Assembly: GCF_001545095.1 (NCBI RefSeq) | Contig: NZ_CP013213.1 | Location: 2,340,001 to 2,372,000, forward strand | Reading direction: 5' to 3' | DNA: 32,000 bases | Source: Erysipelothrix larvae | GTDB lineage: Bacteria; Bacillota_I; Bacilli_A; Erysipelotrichales; Erysipelotrichaceae | Shown: one piece after another, positions 18,257 through 30,187 of the stretch | Numbering within the stretch: the first letter of the stretch is position 1 | Layout of the letters: the number at the start of each line of letters is the position of its first letter | Notes under the pieces: model-generated | The model's database searches: none | What the model was told of the DNA's origin: nothing | Seen by the model: the letters and a program-made list of their open reading frames with translations, nothing else | Made by a program: the position numbers and the translations under genes

Positions 18257-18285
18257 GGCGTAACTTGGGCGTAATCAAGGCGTAT
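18257..18285 (+). repeat. Three GGCGTAW direct repeats with exact 11-bp phasing
   Basis: GGCGTAA lies at 18257 and 18268, and GGCGTAT at 18279. They sit about 110 bp inside the left repeat. Confidence 0.7.
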
Positions 18286-18399
18286 ACGTTTACATCATTT
18301 ATTTTTCTGTATTTCACGTCTCACGTTTTCTAAGTACACAAGTATAAATAGATATGACATTAAAGTATAATACTTACACTTAAGTAGACACTTCTCTAT

Positions 18400-18870
18400 C
18401 TACTCTTGTATTTCAGTTTGTTTACTGTATCCCGCTTTAGCAACCCCTAGATCCAATTCTGCATTTTTAGAAGTTGTTGTTTTTATAGGATTGACCTTTT
18501 CTTCAGTTTCTATTAATTCATAACCTAGCGTTACGATTTTTACATCTTGTAAAAAAGACAAAATATCATTATCAATGTCTATCTCAGTAGTAAAACCACA
18601 ATCTGATATATATTTATAAATTGACTTTACTTTTTCTATATCTGAGTTAAATTTCGGTTTTGCACCTTCTGACACGTTTATAATTCTTTTCAAATATTTA
18701 ACTATACCTGATCTCCCAGCAGGCGGTTTATCCATTTCCGGTATAATCCATTGACCTTTCATCAACTCTTTTTCTTCTTTATATGCTTCGGGAATAATAC
18801 CATCAGAACAGTATTTTCTTACTGTACTTTTCGCGACTCCCCATCTATTACTTGCCTCTTTAACATTCAT
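18400..18870 (-). CDS. Excisionase/MerR-like HTH DNA-binding protein with an unassigned ~100-aa C-terminal region
   Basis: The N-terminus MNVKEASNRWGVAKSTVRKYCSDGIIPEA...WIIPE matches the short HTH_17/excisionase-type pattern common next to integrases in Bacillota elements. The SD is AAAGG. Confidence 0.65.
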   Translation of the reverse strand: MNVKEASNRWGVAKSTVRKYCSDGIIPEAYKEEKELMKGQWIIPEMDKPPAGRSGIVKYLKRIINVSEGAKPKFNSDIEKVKSIYKYISDCGFTTEIDIDNDILSFLQDVKIVTLGYELIETEEKVNPIKTTTSKNAELDLGVAKAGYSKQTEIQE

Positions 18871-18911
18871 AATTATTACCTTTCTTTACAAAACGAATGT
18901 CCACACTCCCC

Positions 18912-18940
18912 ATTGTACTTTATTAAGCAGACATTAGCAA
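18912..18940 (-). promoter_or_regulatory. Putative promoter of the HTH gene
   Basis: The minus strand reads TTGCTA, a 17-nt spacer, then TACAAT. It lies 42 nt upstream of the ATG. Confidence 0.4.
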
Positions 18941-19003
18941 TTACATTAGTTAACACTATATTATTTAGTGTATTTGTTTTTAATTCTTATAATAAACTTT
19001 TTC

Positions 19004-19489
19004 TCATAAAGTTTTATTTATATAGTCACTATTGTATTTTTCAAATTCTTTATGTTTTAAATCTTCTGTTGCTTCTGCATAAATATTCATTGTCGTTCTA
19101 ATATCAGAGTGTCCTAGTACTTCTTGAAGAACCTTTAAATTAACATTTGCTTCTACTTGTCTTGTAGTAAATGTTCTTCTTAATGAATGACAACTTATAT
19201 TAGGTAGGAATGTTATATTTTCAATATTATCTTTTTTCTGAAGTTGCTCTTCATTATAAAGTCGTATCATTCTTCTTAGCGCCTTATTTAATGGTCCTTG
19301 ATTTATCGGGTTACCATATCGATTGATAAATATAAAATTACTAATTCCATCGACTACTTTCACTTGTTTAATATTTAAATCTCTTTGAATTTGCTTTTCT
19401 TTTATTAATGCATCTCTCACAATCTCAATCATTGGGATTGTACGTTCAGATGATTTAGTTTTTGGTAAGTTAACTGCAAAACGTGTTCG
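19004..19489 (-). pseudogene. 5'-truncated tyrosine recombinase (integrase catalytic domain only)
   Basis: The frame is open back to 19489 and reads ..LPKTKSSERTIPMIE.. (Arg I), CHSLRRTF (H-x-x-R), LGHSD and MNIYAE (catalytic Tyr). A TAG lies at 19492-19490, and no N-terminal core/arm-binding domain is encoded upstream. The first ATG (19432) lies after Arg I. Confidence 0.8.
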
Positions 19490-19775
19490 CTACAACCAAT
19501 TTATATTAGAAAAAAAACGTCAACATAAGAGAGAAAGGAGACCAACTACATAGTACATAGAGGAGAAACTACAAACAATATTTATACAACACTATAGTAT
19601 AGATGCCATTATTACGATATAATGGCATTTTAATACCGCAAAAGCAATGAAGTTTCGAACTTGACCTATGGAAGTTTTAAGAGATTGCCTACAATAAGGT
19701 ACTAAAATTGACAAGAATAATAACACTCTTTAGTCGATTAACTTTAGCTTAATGACATTGTGTGACTTCCTCATT

Positions 19776-21248
19776 TTATTCATTAGCGTATTTTTTTATT
19801 ATTGAGAGTACATAGTCTGAATTTAGCCAAAAACATTGCTTAGTAAATCTGTGATTCTGAGTATATATACTCGAATCAACTGTTCCATCTGTATTATCTA
19901 TTATAATATTTGTAGATTTAGGCAACTGATTTGTCACTGACCGATTTTTAGCATGAGGTCGAACATGCGAGATTTTGCTGTCAGACATTTTAGGGAAGTT
20001 GTTATAAATCTTCTTACCCTTAATACTCAATATTAACTCATTGTTCAATATGTGATTGGTTCGCTCCCACACCCATCTAATCTCATTTTCTAAATCACTA
20101 GTAGGCATGTTCCAGAGTTTCGCTCCTTTGAACTTATACTCTCTAATTGAGTCGTCAATCTCTTCGAAAACAACAAACAGGAATATTGTAGAAGAAAACA
20201 TATTTCTGATATCAGATTCTTCCCACGTCTCATTCGCAACCTCTTCAAAATCAAAAGCAGGAAAAGACATGCTCTCTTTAATTTTTCCGTTTTTACTGAT
20301 TCTTATAGTCTTAATTTTTATATTCGCTTTACTGAACTCTTCTAGTGAGTCTAGACTATCTTGACCTACTTTAAGCATCCGCGAAATATATGATCTAATA
20401 TATTGTTTGTTTCCTTTTCTTGGAACTTCTTCACCAACAAGTTCATCAATTTCTGTTAGTGATTTTCCTTTAAATGGATGAAAAGCTTGGTATATCAAAT
20501 CATCAAGATTATTTGTTTTTAGTAATTCAAGGTTTTTGACAAAAGACTCTTTTGATTCCACTTCATGAAACACCTGAGTTCTAAGAAGATTTGTCATATA
20601 TGTCGTTTTAAGTGAATAAGCGCGTTTCATTGCAGGTTCTTCGCTGAACGGTTGCTCAGTAACTGAATCTTTATTAACTCCTTTAGGACATGCTCCAAGA
20701 TAGAATGTATCTCCTTCAGAAAGCTCATGAGCTTTACCATTCTTAATTTTACTTATAATTGTTTGCCAGTCATTCTCAATAATTAGCTTGTCCTTGCTAG
20801 GGATTTTATCATACTCGTAAAAGTAATAATTTGTAATGATATAATCAGACCTTGCTTTCTGTTTCTCGTACTCATATAAAATAAGCAATATTTTATCGAT
20901 CTTAGAAAAGCAATGCGAATCATAGAACATCGTGTTAATATCATCAAAATAATTAATCATCGTAATTACAAGCCGTTCTTTTGCAGATACTTGTTTCCCA
21001 TTTCTTACCCATTTATATCCCGTAGCTTTTAACTCAACACCTATATTATCAAAGTCTGGTTGTCTTTTATTATTGATTTCATATCCAAAAACACCTTGCT
21101 CCATTATATGACCAACCCAACCTTTTGAATTTTGATTGTTTAGCATTCCCTCGACTTCGTAGTCTCCAATACGCTTCCCTATGATCGTTTTAACTTTTTC
21201 GACTAGTTCTTCTTTTGATTGATATATATTTGCCATATTCATCCTCAT
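19776..21248 (-). CDS. Type II restriction endonuclease, Sau3AI/MutH family (predicted GATC specificity)
   Basis: 490 aa. The PD-(D/E)xK-like segment is QPDFDN..GVELKA..SAKERLVITMINY. Other motifs are GKAHELSEGDTFYLGACPKG, KRAYSLKTTYMTNLLR, ESMSFPAFDFEEVANETWEE, ISHVRPHAKNR and KQCFWLNSDY. These match my recollection of R.Sau3AI (489 aa) block by block. The start is possibly the third ATG at 21236, which has a better SD. Confidence 0.85.
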   Translation of the reverse strand: MRMNMANIYQSKEELVEKVKTIIGKRIGDYEVEGMLNNQNSKGWVGHIMEQGVFGYEINNKRQPDFDNIGVELKATGYKWVRNGKQVSAKERLVITMINYFDDINTMFYDSHCFSKIDKILLILYEYEKQKARSDYIITNYYFYEYDKIPSKDKLIIENDWQTIISKIKNGKAHELSEGDTFYLGACPKGVNKDSVTEQPFSEEPAMKRAYSLKTTYMTNLLRTQVFHEVESKESFVKNLELLKTNNLDDLIYQAFHPFKGKSLTEIDELVGEEVPRKGNKQYIRSYISRMLKVGQDSLDSLEEFSKANIKIKTIRISKNGKIKESMSFPAFDFEEVANETWEESDIRNMFSSTIFLFVVFEEIDDSIREYKFKGAKLWNMPTSDLENEIRWVWERTNHILNNELILSIKGKKIYNNFPKMSDSKISHVRPHAKNRSVTNQLPKSTNIIIDNTDGTVDSSIYTQNHRFTKQCFWLNSDYVLSIIKKYANE

Positions 21249-21276
21249 CTCTATTTAGAATATAAAATAATTACAC

Positions 21277-21305
21277 TTGATCTCCACTTCAAAAATGTGT
21301 ATAAT
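21277..21305 (+). promoter_or_regulatory. Putative sigma-A promoter of the methyltransferase gene; the -35 contains a GATC
   Basis: TTGATC (21277-21282) is followed by a 17-nt spacer and TATAAT (21300-21305). The element lies 58 nt upstream of the ATG. Confidence 0.5.
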
Positions 21306-21363
21306 CTAATAAGTAGTACAATATAGAAAGTATATCAAATTTTAAATAGAAAGGCTTGGTTTC

Positions 21364-22611
21364 ATGGAAAAAACCGTCATAGAATTGTTTGCAGGAGTTG
21401 GAGGATTCAGAGTTGGTCTTAATAACATTAGTGCTTTTGACCCAAATTCAGGCTTAGCCTTAGAAAATGGTGATTGGAATTTTGTTTGGGCAAATCAATG
21501 GGAACCATCAACAAAAATTCAACATGCATATGAGTGCTATACAACACGTTTTGGCACTGATAGCGTCAGCAATCTTGACATTAACAGTGAAAATAAATCA
21601 TCAATCCCTGATCACACATTGCTTGTAGGTGGTTTTCCGTGCCAAGACTACTCAGTAGCCAGAACAAAAAGCAATGAAAAAGGAATCGAAGGGAAAAAAG
21701 GCGTTCTTTTTTGGGATATAGCTAAAACACTTGAAGAAAAGACCACCCCCTTCTTTCTTTTAGAAAATGTAGACAGGCTCTTAAAATCACCTGCTTCACA
21801 GCGTGGGAGAGACTTTGGAATTATGTTAAGAACCTTAACAGACCTTGGTTATGATGTTGAATGGCGAGTTGTTAATGCTTCAGATTACGGAAGAGGTCAA
21901 CGGAGACGACGAGTATTTATCTTCGGTTGGAAGAATAATTCAAAATACGCAAGTGAGTATAAAGATGTTTTGTCAGTTGATTTTCTTCAAACCGATAGCT
22001 TATTTGCTCGTAGCCTACCAATACAAATAGAACAAAACATCCAATTTAGTTCAATAGATTTAAATGTATATGACGATACAGTAGAAATGACAAAAGGGTT
22101 TAAATTCAATTTTGAGAATACAGGTACTGTTCGAAGTGGTTTCGTTACAACATTTAAATCCTCACCTGTCAGAGAAAATCCCATAACAATGGAAGAAATT
22201 ATTGAAACTGTCACAGATAAAACTGCATATTTCCTAACCCTAGATCAAGAGAAGAAATTCGAATACCTAAAAGGAAGCAAAAAAATTCCAAGAACCAAAC
22301 CAAATGGTGAGGTTTATTTTTACTCAGAAGGAGCAATGAGCCAAACTGACGACCTTAATTTACCCGGAAGAACTATGTTAACAAGTGAGGGCACCGTAAA
22401 CAGAAGTAGTCATCTTATCATTGATCCAAACACTAATAAGAAGAGATTTATTACTCCCATTGAAGCTGAGAGATTGCAAGATTTTCCAGATGACTGGACC
22501 AATACTGGTATGCCATTAAGAAGAAGATATTTCATGATGGGCAATGCACTTGTAACAGGAATTATAAAACGAATTGAACCTAGACTATCAGATATTATTG
22601 AAAATGAGTAG
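21364..22611 (+). CDS. DNA (cytosine-5)-methyltransferase, M.Sau3AI-like
   Basis: 415 aa. The motifs are I ELFAGVGGF, IV GGFPCQDYS, VI ENVDRLL, VIII QRRRRVFIFG and X GNALV. Blocks such as WANQWEPSTKIQHA, RTMLTSEGTVNRSSH and TPIEAERLQDFPDDWT match my recollection of M.Sau3AI (412 aa). Confidence 0.9.
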   Translation: MEKTVIELFAGVGGFRVGLNNISAFDPNSGLALENGDWNFVWANQWEPSTKIQHAYECYTTRFGTDSVSNLDINSENKSSIPDHTLLVGGFPCQDYSVARTKSNEKGIEGKKGVLFWDIAKTLEEKTTPFFLLENVDRLLKSPASQRGRDFGIMLRTLTDLGYDVEWRVVNASDYGRGQRRRRVFIFGWKNNSKYASEYKDVLSVDFLQTDSLFARSLPIQIEQNIQFSSIDLNVYDDTVEMTKGFKFNFENTGTVRSGFVTTFKSSPVRENPITMEEIIETVTDKTAYFLTLDQEKKFEYLKGSKKIPRTKPNGEVYFYSEGAMSQTDDLNLPGRTMLTSEGTVNRSSHLIIDPNTNKKRFITPIEAERLQDFPDDWTNTGMPLRRRYFMMGNALVTGIIKRIEPRLSDIIENE

Positions 22612-22628
22612 CTTACGCTACTCATTTT
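22601..22628 (+). terminator. Hairpin terminator of the methyltransferase gene
   Basis: A perfect 12-bp stem AAAATGAGTAGC/GCTACTCATTTT has the 4-nt loop TTAC and overlaps the TAG stop. The T-tract is partly in the stem. Confidence 0.55.
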
Positions 22629-22975
22629 GCTCGTTTCCATTCCATCATTAATGACCTAATGATTGTGTTGTTGTTAATATATTTCCCTTTTATTTGAGAC
22701 ACAATAAATAATCATATGCGTCGTCTCACGTTTACAATCGGTACAGATTTCTCTTTTTTCAATAAAGATTTACCAAATCTTCAAACACTCCTTGGCAAAT
22801 TAAATCAACCCGAAATCAATCAAATACGCTAAGGCACCTAATCAGATTTTACGTACATCGTAAGATTTCCTCATCTTGTTTCTACTTTATTGAAGTGCAC
22901 TTATTTATCCATTTTGACTTAGTAGTATTAAGGCAACTACAAAATTACAAAGAACAAGTGTTTTCATCACAAATA

Positions 22976-25530
<2,555 letters not shown>

Positions 25531-25544
<14 letters not shown>

Positions 25545-26400
25545 TGATTACGTTTCTTAACTCACTTTCATCAAAGTGATAGGTTTTATGGCAATAATGA
25601 CATTCCAAAGTTGCACCATGATCTTCTTCAATAAGGTGCTCAATATCATCACGGCCTAAAGCCTTAATCACATCCAGCATTTGTTCACGATTGCATCCAC
25701 AGTGATAGGCGATTTCTGTAGTTTCTAAAATGATGCCATCACTAAAGAGTTCAGCAAAGACCTGATATACGTCGTCTTCTTCCATTAAGTCAGACACGGG
25801 TTTCATCGTTGAAATCAGTGTTTCCATTGCAACAATGTCTTCTTCTGTAGCAGTTGGTAGAATTTGAATCAAGATACCACCTGATGAGATCACATTAAGA
25901 TCGGGTCCAACCAGTACCCCAACACTTACAGCAGAGGGTGTTTGTTCTGATTGTGCGAAATAATACGCAAAGTCATCGCCAATTTCACCGGTTTGTAAAT
26001 CAACCAAGGATGTATACCCGAGTTTTCCATCCCGTTCGCGTGAAACTTTCAAGGTTCCTTGCCCAATAATACCACCCACATCTAGTTTCCCTGTTGCTTC
26101 GTTGACTTGGAAAATGTGTGGATCACTGACGGTTGCTCTTACGAGTCCTTTATTGTCTGCATTCACCAGCATATGCTTGAGTTGTCCATCTCCACGAATC
26201 TCTACAATGAGTTTTTCATCATCTTCTTTTAACATATAGCCCATCATCAACGATGCGTTAATGGTTCGTCCAATCGCAGCAGTAACCGTTGGATAGGTGT
26301 CATGGATTGTTTTTACTTCTTGGATTAAATCCGTTGATTTAATCATAAATACACGTACATTACCACCACGTGCCATTGCTCTTATTAGTTTATCACTCAT
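25531..26400 (-). CDS. hslO: Redox-regulated chaperone Hsp33
   Basis: 289 aa with the C-terminal zinc motif CGC...CHYC. Confidence 0.9.
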
Positions 26401-26410
26401 AGTTTCTCCT

Positions 26411-26436
26411 AAAAAACGAACCCCATGAGGGGTCCG
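26411..26436 (-). terminator. Intrinsic terminator between ftsH and hslO
   Basis: The stem CG(A/G)ACCCC / GGGGTCCG has the 4-nt loop ATGA, followed by T6 on the minus strand. Confidence 0.65.
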
Positions 26437-26468
26437 TATGAATTGTTTCTTGTGCTTTGTTTGGATCG

Positions 26469-28382
26469 TTATTCTGATTCTGTTGTATCAGTGTCGTTTG
26501 AAACTTCTGTTTCACTGACAACTTCTGCATCAACAGTATTCGAATCATTGACTGGATTTCCTTTCACATCGAAGCCATTTTCAATGTGTTGGATTTGTTC
26601 AGCAGTTAATGTTTCATGTTCCAACAATGCTGCAACTAAGCGATCCAATAGATCACGGTTTTCAGTAATAATCTTGCGTGCGTTTTCGTAAGCTTCGTCA
26701 ATGATATGACGGACTTCTTTATCGATTTCGTATGCAATTTCACCTGAATAGTTACGTTCAGCGTTATAGTCACGTCCTAAGAATACAGAACCCGTTGGCT
26801 TATCATATTGAACTGGTCCAAGATCACTCATACCAAATTCAGTTACCATGCGACGTGCAATGCTTGTGGATGATTGAATATCCGCATAAGCACCGGTTGT
26901 GATTTCATTAAATACGATTTCTTCCGCAACACGCCCACCTAAGTAACCTGTAATAATACCGATTAACTCAGATTTGCTTTGTGTAAACTTCTCTTCACGT
27001 GGTGTCATGAGGTTATATCCCCCCGCGTCGCCACGTGGAATAATCGTAACTTTTTGAACCATATTTGCGCTTTGAAGTTTAAGACCAATGATTGTATGTC
27101 CAACTTCGTGAACTGCAACCATGTATTTTTCTTCATCAGTATAGCGTCTTGATTTCTTAGCAGGACCTGCAATAACACGGTCGATTGCTTCATCAAGATG
27201 ATGCATTGAGATAGTTTGTGAGTTTTCACGTACTGCAAGGATTGCAGCTTCATTCAATACGTTTTCAAGGTCTGCACCTGAGAATCCAGGTGTACGACGT
27301 GCTAGGTTTTCTAATGATGCAGATGCATCAATCTTCTTGTTACGTGCATGAACTTGAAGAATTGCTTCACGGCCACGTACATCTGGTAGATGCACTGTAA
27401 TCTTACGGTCAAAACGTCCTGGACGAAGTAATGCAGGGTCAAGTACGTCATCACGGTTAGTAGCCGCAACAATTACAACACCTGTGTTGTCTTCAATACC
27501 ATCCATCTCAACAAGCAATTGGTTAAGGGTTTGTTCACGTTCATCATGACCACCACCTAAACCAGCACCACGTTGACGCCCTACAGCATCAATTTCATCA
27601 ATAAAGATGATACATGGAGCAGTCGCTTTTGCTTTTTTAAACATATCACGAACACGGCTCGCACCAACTCCGACAAACATTTCCACAAAGTCTGAACCGG
27701 AAATTGAGTAGAATGGTACGTCTGCTTCACCAGCAGTAGCACGTGCTAATAAGGTCTTACCAGTACCTGGAGGCCCTACAAGGAGCACCCCTTTCGGAAT
27801 ATGTGCACCCATTTGTTCGAAACGTTTTGGAGACTTAAGATAATCAATAAGCTCTTTCATTTCTTCTTTTTCTTCATCAGCACCGGCAACATCGCTGAAT
27901 CTTACTTTGATGTTTCCTTGTACTTTCGCACGGGACTTCCCAAATTCGAAGGCTTTGTTGTTTCCGCCGCCTCCAGCTTTAGAAAGCATGTAGAACATAG
28001 CGCCAATGAAGATTACATAAGGGATTAACGGTCCAATTATATCGGTCCAAATATTTGATGCATCTGGGTCAGAAATTACTAAATTTGCATCCAATGTAGA
28101 TAGTTTTTCAGTCAGTGTGTTAATGTTTTCTTCACTTTGTGGGAAACGAACTTCAAATGTTACATTACGTCCGTTATCTACATAAGTTCCCGATATATCA
28201 ATTACGTTGTCTCGTGGTGAGATCACCACGTTGCTAATTTCGTATTTTTCAACGATTCGTTCGAACTCAGAAATCGATAATATAGATGTTCTTTGTGTTT
28301 GCAGCAACGACAATAATGTTGTTACTGCAAGAACAGCCATAATCGTTAAGATCAAACTTGTTCTATTGTTTCTATTTTTCAA
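26469..28382 (-). CDS. ftsH: ATP-dependent zinc metalloprotease FtsH
   Basis: 637 aa with two TM segments, the Walker A GPPGTGKT, an SRH region and the zinc site HEVGH. Confidence 0.95.
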   Translation of the reverse strand: MKNRNNRTSLILTIMAVLAVTTLLSLLQTQRTSILSISEFERIVEKYEISNVVISPRDNVIDISGTYVDNGRNVTFEVRFPQSEENINTLTEKLSTLDANLVISDPDASNIWTDIIGPLIPYVIFIGAMFYMLSKAGGGGNNKAFEFGKSRAKVQGNIKVRFSDVAGADEEKEEMKELIDYLKSPKRFEQMGAHIPKGVLLVGPPGTGKTLLARATAGEADVPFYSISGSDFVEMFVGVGASRVRDMFKKAKATAPCIIFIDEIDAVGRQRGAGLGGGHDEREQTLNQLLVEMDGIEDNTGVVIVAATNRDDVLDPALLRPGRFDRKITVHLPDVRGREAILQVHARNKKIDASASLENLARRTPGFSGADLENVLNEAAILAVRENSQTISMHHLDEAIDRVIAGPAKKSRRYTDEEKYMVAVHEVGHTIIGLKLQSANMVQKVTIIPRGDAGGYNLMTPREEKFTQSKSELIGIITGYLGGRVAEEIVFNEITTGAYADIQSSTSIARRMVTEFGMSDLGPVQYDKPTGSVFLGRDYNAERNYSGEIAYEIDKEVRHIIDEAYENARKIITENRDLLDRLVAALLEHETLTAEQIQHIENGFDVKGNPVNDSNTVDAEVVSETEVSNDTDTTESE

Positions 28383-28399
28383 TGTGTATCACTCCTTAG

Positions 28400-28939
28400 T
28401 TACTGGTAGCACTCATCTTTCAGAATCCCAATATATGGAAGATTACGGTACTTCTCGTCAAAATCAAGCCCATAACCAATCACAAATTCGTTTGGGATTT
28501 CAAATCCTATGAAGTCTGCTTTAACGTCCACTTCGCGACGTGATGGTTTATCTAATAAAGATACAACCTTTACATCCTCAGCACCTTTACTTGCCATCAA
28601 TTCTTTAATTTTCTTGATTGTATGTCCAGTATCTACAATATCTTCAACGATAAGTAAGTCTACCCCACTGATTGAACGGTCAAGATCTTTAATGATTCGG
28701 ATATCTCTTGAAGATTGAGTGCCTTCATAACTTGAAACATCCATAAAATCAATTTCAATATCCAATGAAATATACTTTATCAATTGTGCTAAAAACGGTA
28801 CAGAACCTTTCAATAAGGCCACTAAAACTAAAGTTCTGTCAGACCCATTATAATGTTCGTCAATAGTTGCTGCAAGCTCTCTGCACTTACCATCTATTTC
28901 CTCTGCACTAATTAATATTTTTTTTACATCGTGATGCAT
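28400..28939 (-). CDS. hpt: Hypoxanthine-guanine phosphoribosyltransferase
   Basis: 179 aa with the PRPP loop LLIVEDIVDTGHT. Confidence 0.9.
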   Translation of the reverse strand: MHHDVKKILISAEEIDGKCRELAATIDEHYNGSDRTLVLVALLKGSVPFLAQLIKYISLDIEIDFMDVSSYEGTQSSRDIRIIKDLDRSISGVDLLIVEDIVDTGHTIKKIKELMASKGAEDVKVVSLLDKPSRREVDVKADFIGFEIPNEFVIGYGLDFDEKYRNLPYIGILKDECYQ

Positions 28940-28963
28940 ACTTGAATACTCCTCCTACAATAG

Positions 28964-30160
28964 TCATAATTTTACCACAAAAACGCTTGGAATGTTAGAG
29001 AAATGAAGAATATCGCATCCCATTCCTGAGACAAATATGACTTCTTTGTCTACATTTTCAACTAAAGGCCAACAATGTCGCAAATTATGTGATATTTTGC
29101 GGTCAATAAAGAAACGATTCACATTTTTAGATCCATATCTCATCTTGATTTTATCACCTTTTTGTGGTGTTCTGATGGTAATTGGGAAATCACCTTTATT
29201 TAGTGAGATGCCTTCAATTACTGAACCTACGTTATCCAGTTTGAAATACATTGTCTCAAATGCTTCCACTGAATGGAGTTGATAGCTATAAGATATGGGT
29301 TCAAAAATCACAATTGAATCATAACTTGTGCATAGCTTTTTGTATCCAAGTTCTTCATCTAATGATTCATTTAAAATTTTTATATCAAAATCCTCTAATT
29401 GAGATTTTGATAAACTATAATCAGTTACCCCTTGATTCCAAATCCACTGTCTTAAGACATCCAGTCGATAAGAATCACAAATCTGTTTGTATTTCTCAAG
29501 GGGAAATGAATCTGAAATCCCCTGGAGTGCTTCATCAACATGTGAATAATAGTGATCAAGCGCTGCTTGTTTCAGATTCATCTCCTTTTCAATCTGTTCT
29601 AATTGAGTTTTTGACTTCTTAGATAGTGCATGACGAATCTCATTTCGTCTATAATCATACGTAAAATTAGATTCATCATCGTAGTAGGTAATCCCATGTT
29701 CTTCACTATAAGCAATGAGCTCTTTTTTCGTTTTATTGATAAATGGTCGATAAACCGTCATCCCTAAGACCTTGCTTTTTTCCTTTAAACCAAGTACACG
29801 ACTTTTTCTTCCAGATTGCATTTGTATGATATAGGTTTCCAGTACGTCATCATAATGATGTGCGACTGCAATTGCTTCACAATTGTATCTGTGCGCAACA
29901 TGAACCATACTCATATACCGGAAATCACGTGCATCTTTTTGAAAGTTTCCGGACCCTTGATCATCATAATCAATAACAATCAGTTTAACCCTTAAATCAT
30001 AACATAGTTTTTCTACTGCTTTTTGATCGCGAAGCGCTGTTGTTCTTTTATGGTAGTTTACATGAACTGCAATTACATCAATTCCTTGTTGATACAATGA
30101 ATGTAAAAGTGCCATTGAGTCACAGCCACCAGATACGCCAACAACTACATGTTTATACAT
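28964..30160 (-). CDS. tilS: tRNA(Ile)-lysidine synthase
   Basis: 398 aa with the PP-loop GVSGGCDS. It sits in the conserved position upstream of hpt-ftsH. Confidence 0.85.
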   Translation of the reverse strand: MYKHVVVGVSGGCDSMALLHSLYQQGIDVIAVHVNYHKRTTALRDQKAVEKLCYDLRVKLIVIDYDDQGSGNFQKDARDFRYMSMVHVAHRYNCEAIAVAHHYDDVLETYIIQMQSGRKSRVLGLKEKSKVLGMTVYRPFINKTKKELIAYSEEHGITYYDDESNFTYDYRRNEIRHALSKKSKTQLEQIEKEMNLKQAALDHYYSHVDEALQGISDSFPLEKYKQICDSYRLDVLRQWIWNQGVTDYSLSKSQLEDFDIKILNESLDEELGYKKLCTSYDSIVIFEPISYSYQLHSVEAFETMYFKLDNVGSVIEGISLNKGDFPITIRTPQKGDKIKMRYGSKNVNRFFIDRKISHNLRHCWPLVENVDKEVIFVSGMGCDILHFSNIPSVFVVKL

Positions 30161-30187
30161 ACTATCACCCCCACTATTCTAACACAA

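Noticed and set aside
19603-19628. A perfect 10-bp-stem hairpin (ATGCCATTAT / ATAATGGCAT) was considered as a terminator for the restriction gene.
   Set aside because: It lies ~150 bp downstream of the stop and has no T-run on the minus strand. A short TTTT follows only on the plus strand, where no gene precedes it. I report it only as a structure within the junction DNA.
22716-22832. A 38-codon plus-strand ORF (MRRLTFTIGTDFSFFNKDLPNLQTLLGKLNQPEINQIR) lies in the right arm of the island.
   Set aside because: It has no SD upstream and no recognisable motif. It is short enough to arise by chance in AT-rich DNA, or it may be a gene relic. It is not supportable as a gene.
19567-22943. The 9-mer AACTACAAA occurs on both sides of the R-M gene pair (19567-19575 and 22935-22943), a possible target-site duplication of an R-M cassette.
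   Set aside because: A shared 9-mer between two ~300-bp AT-rich regions is expected by chance with a probability of about 0.4.
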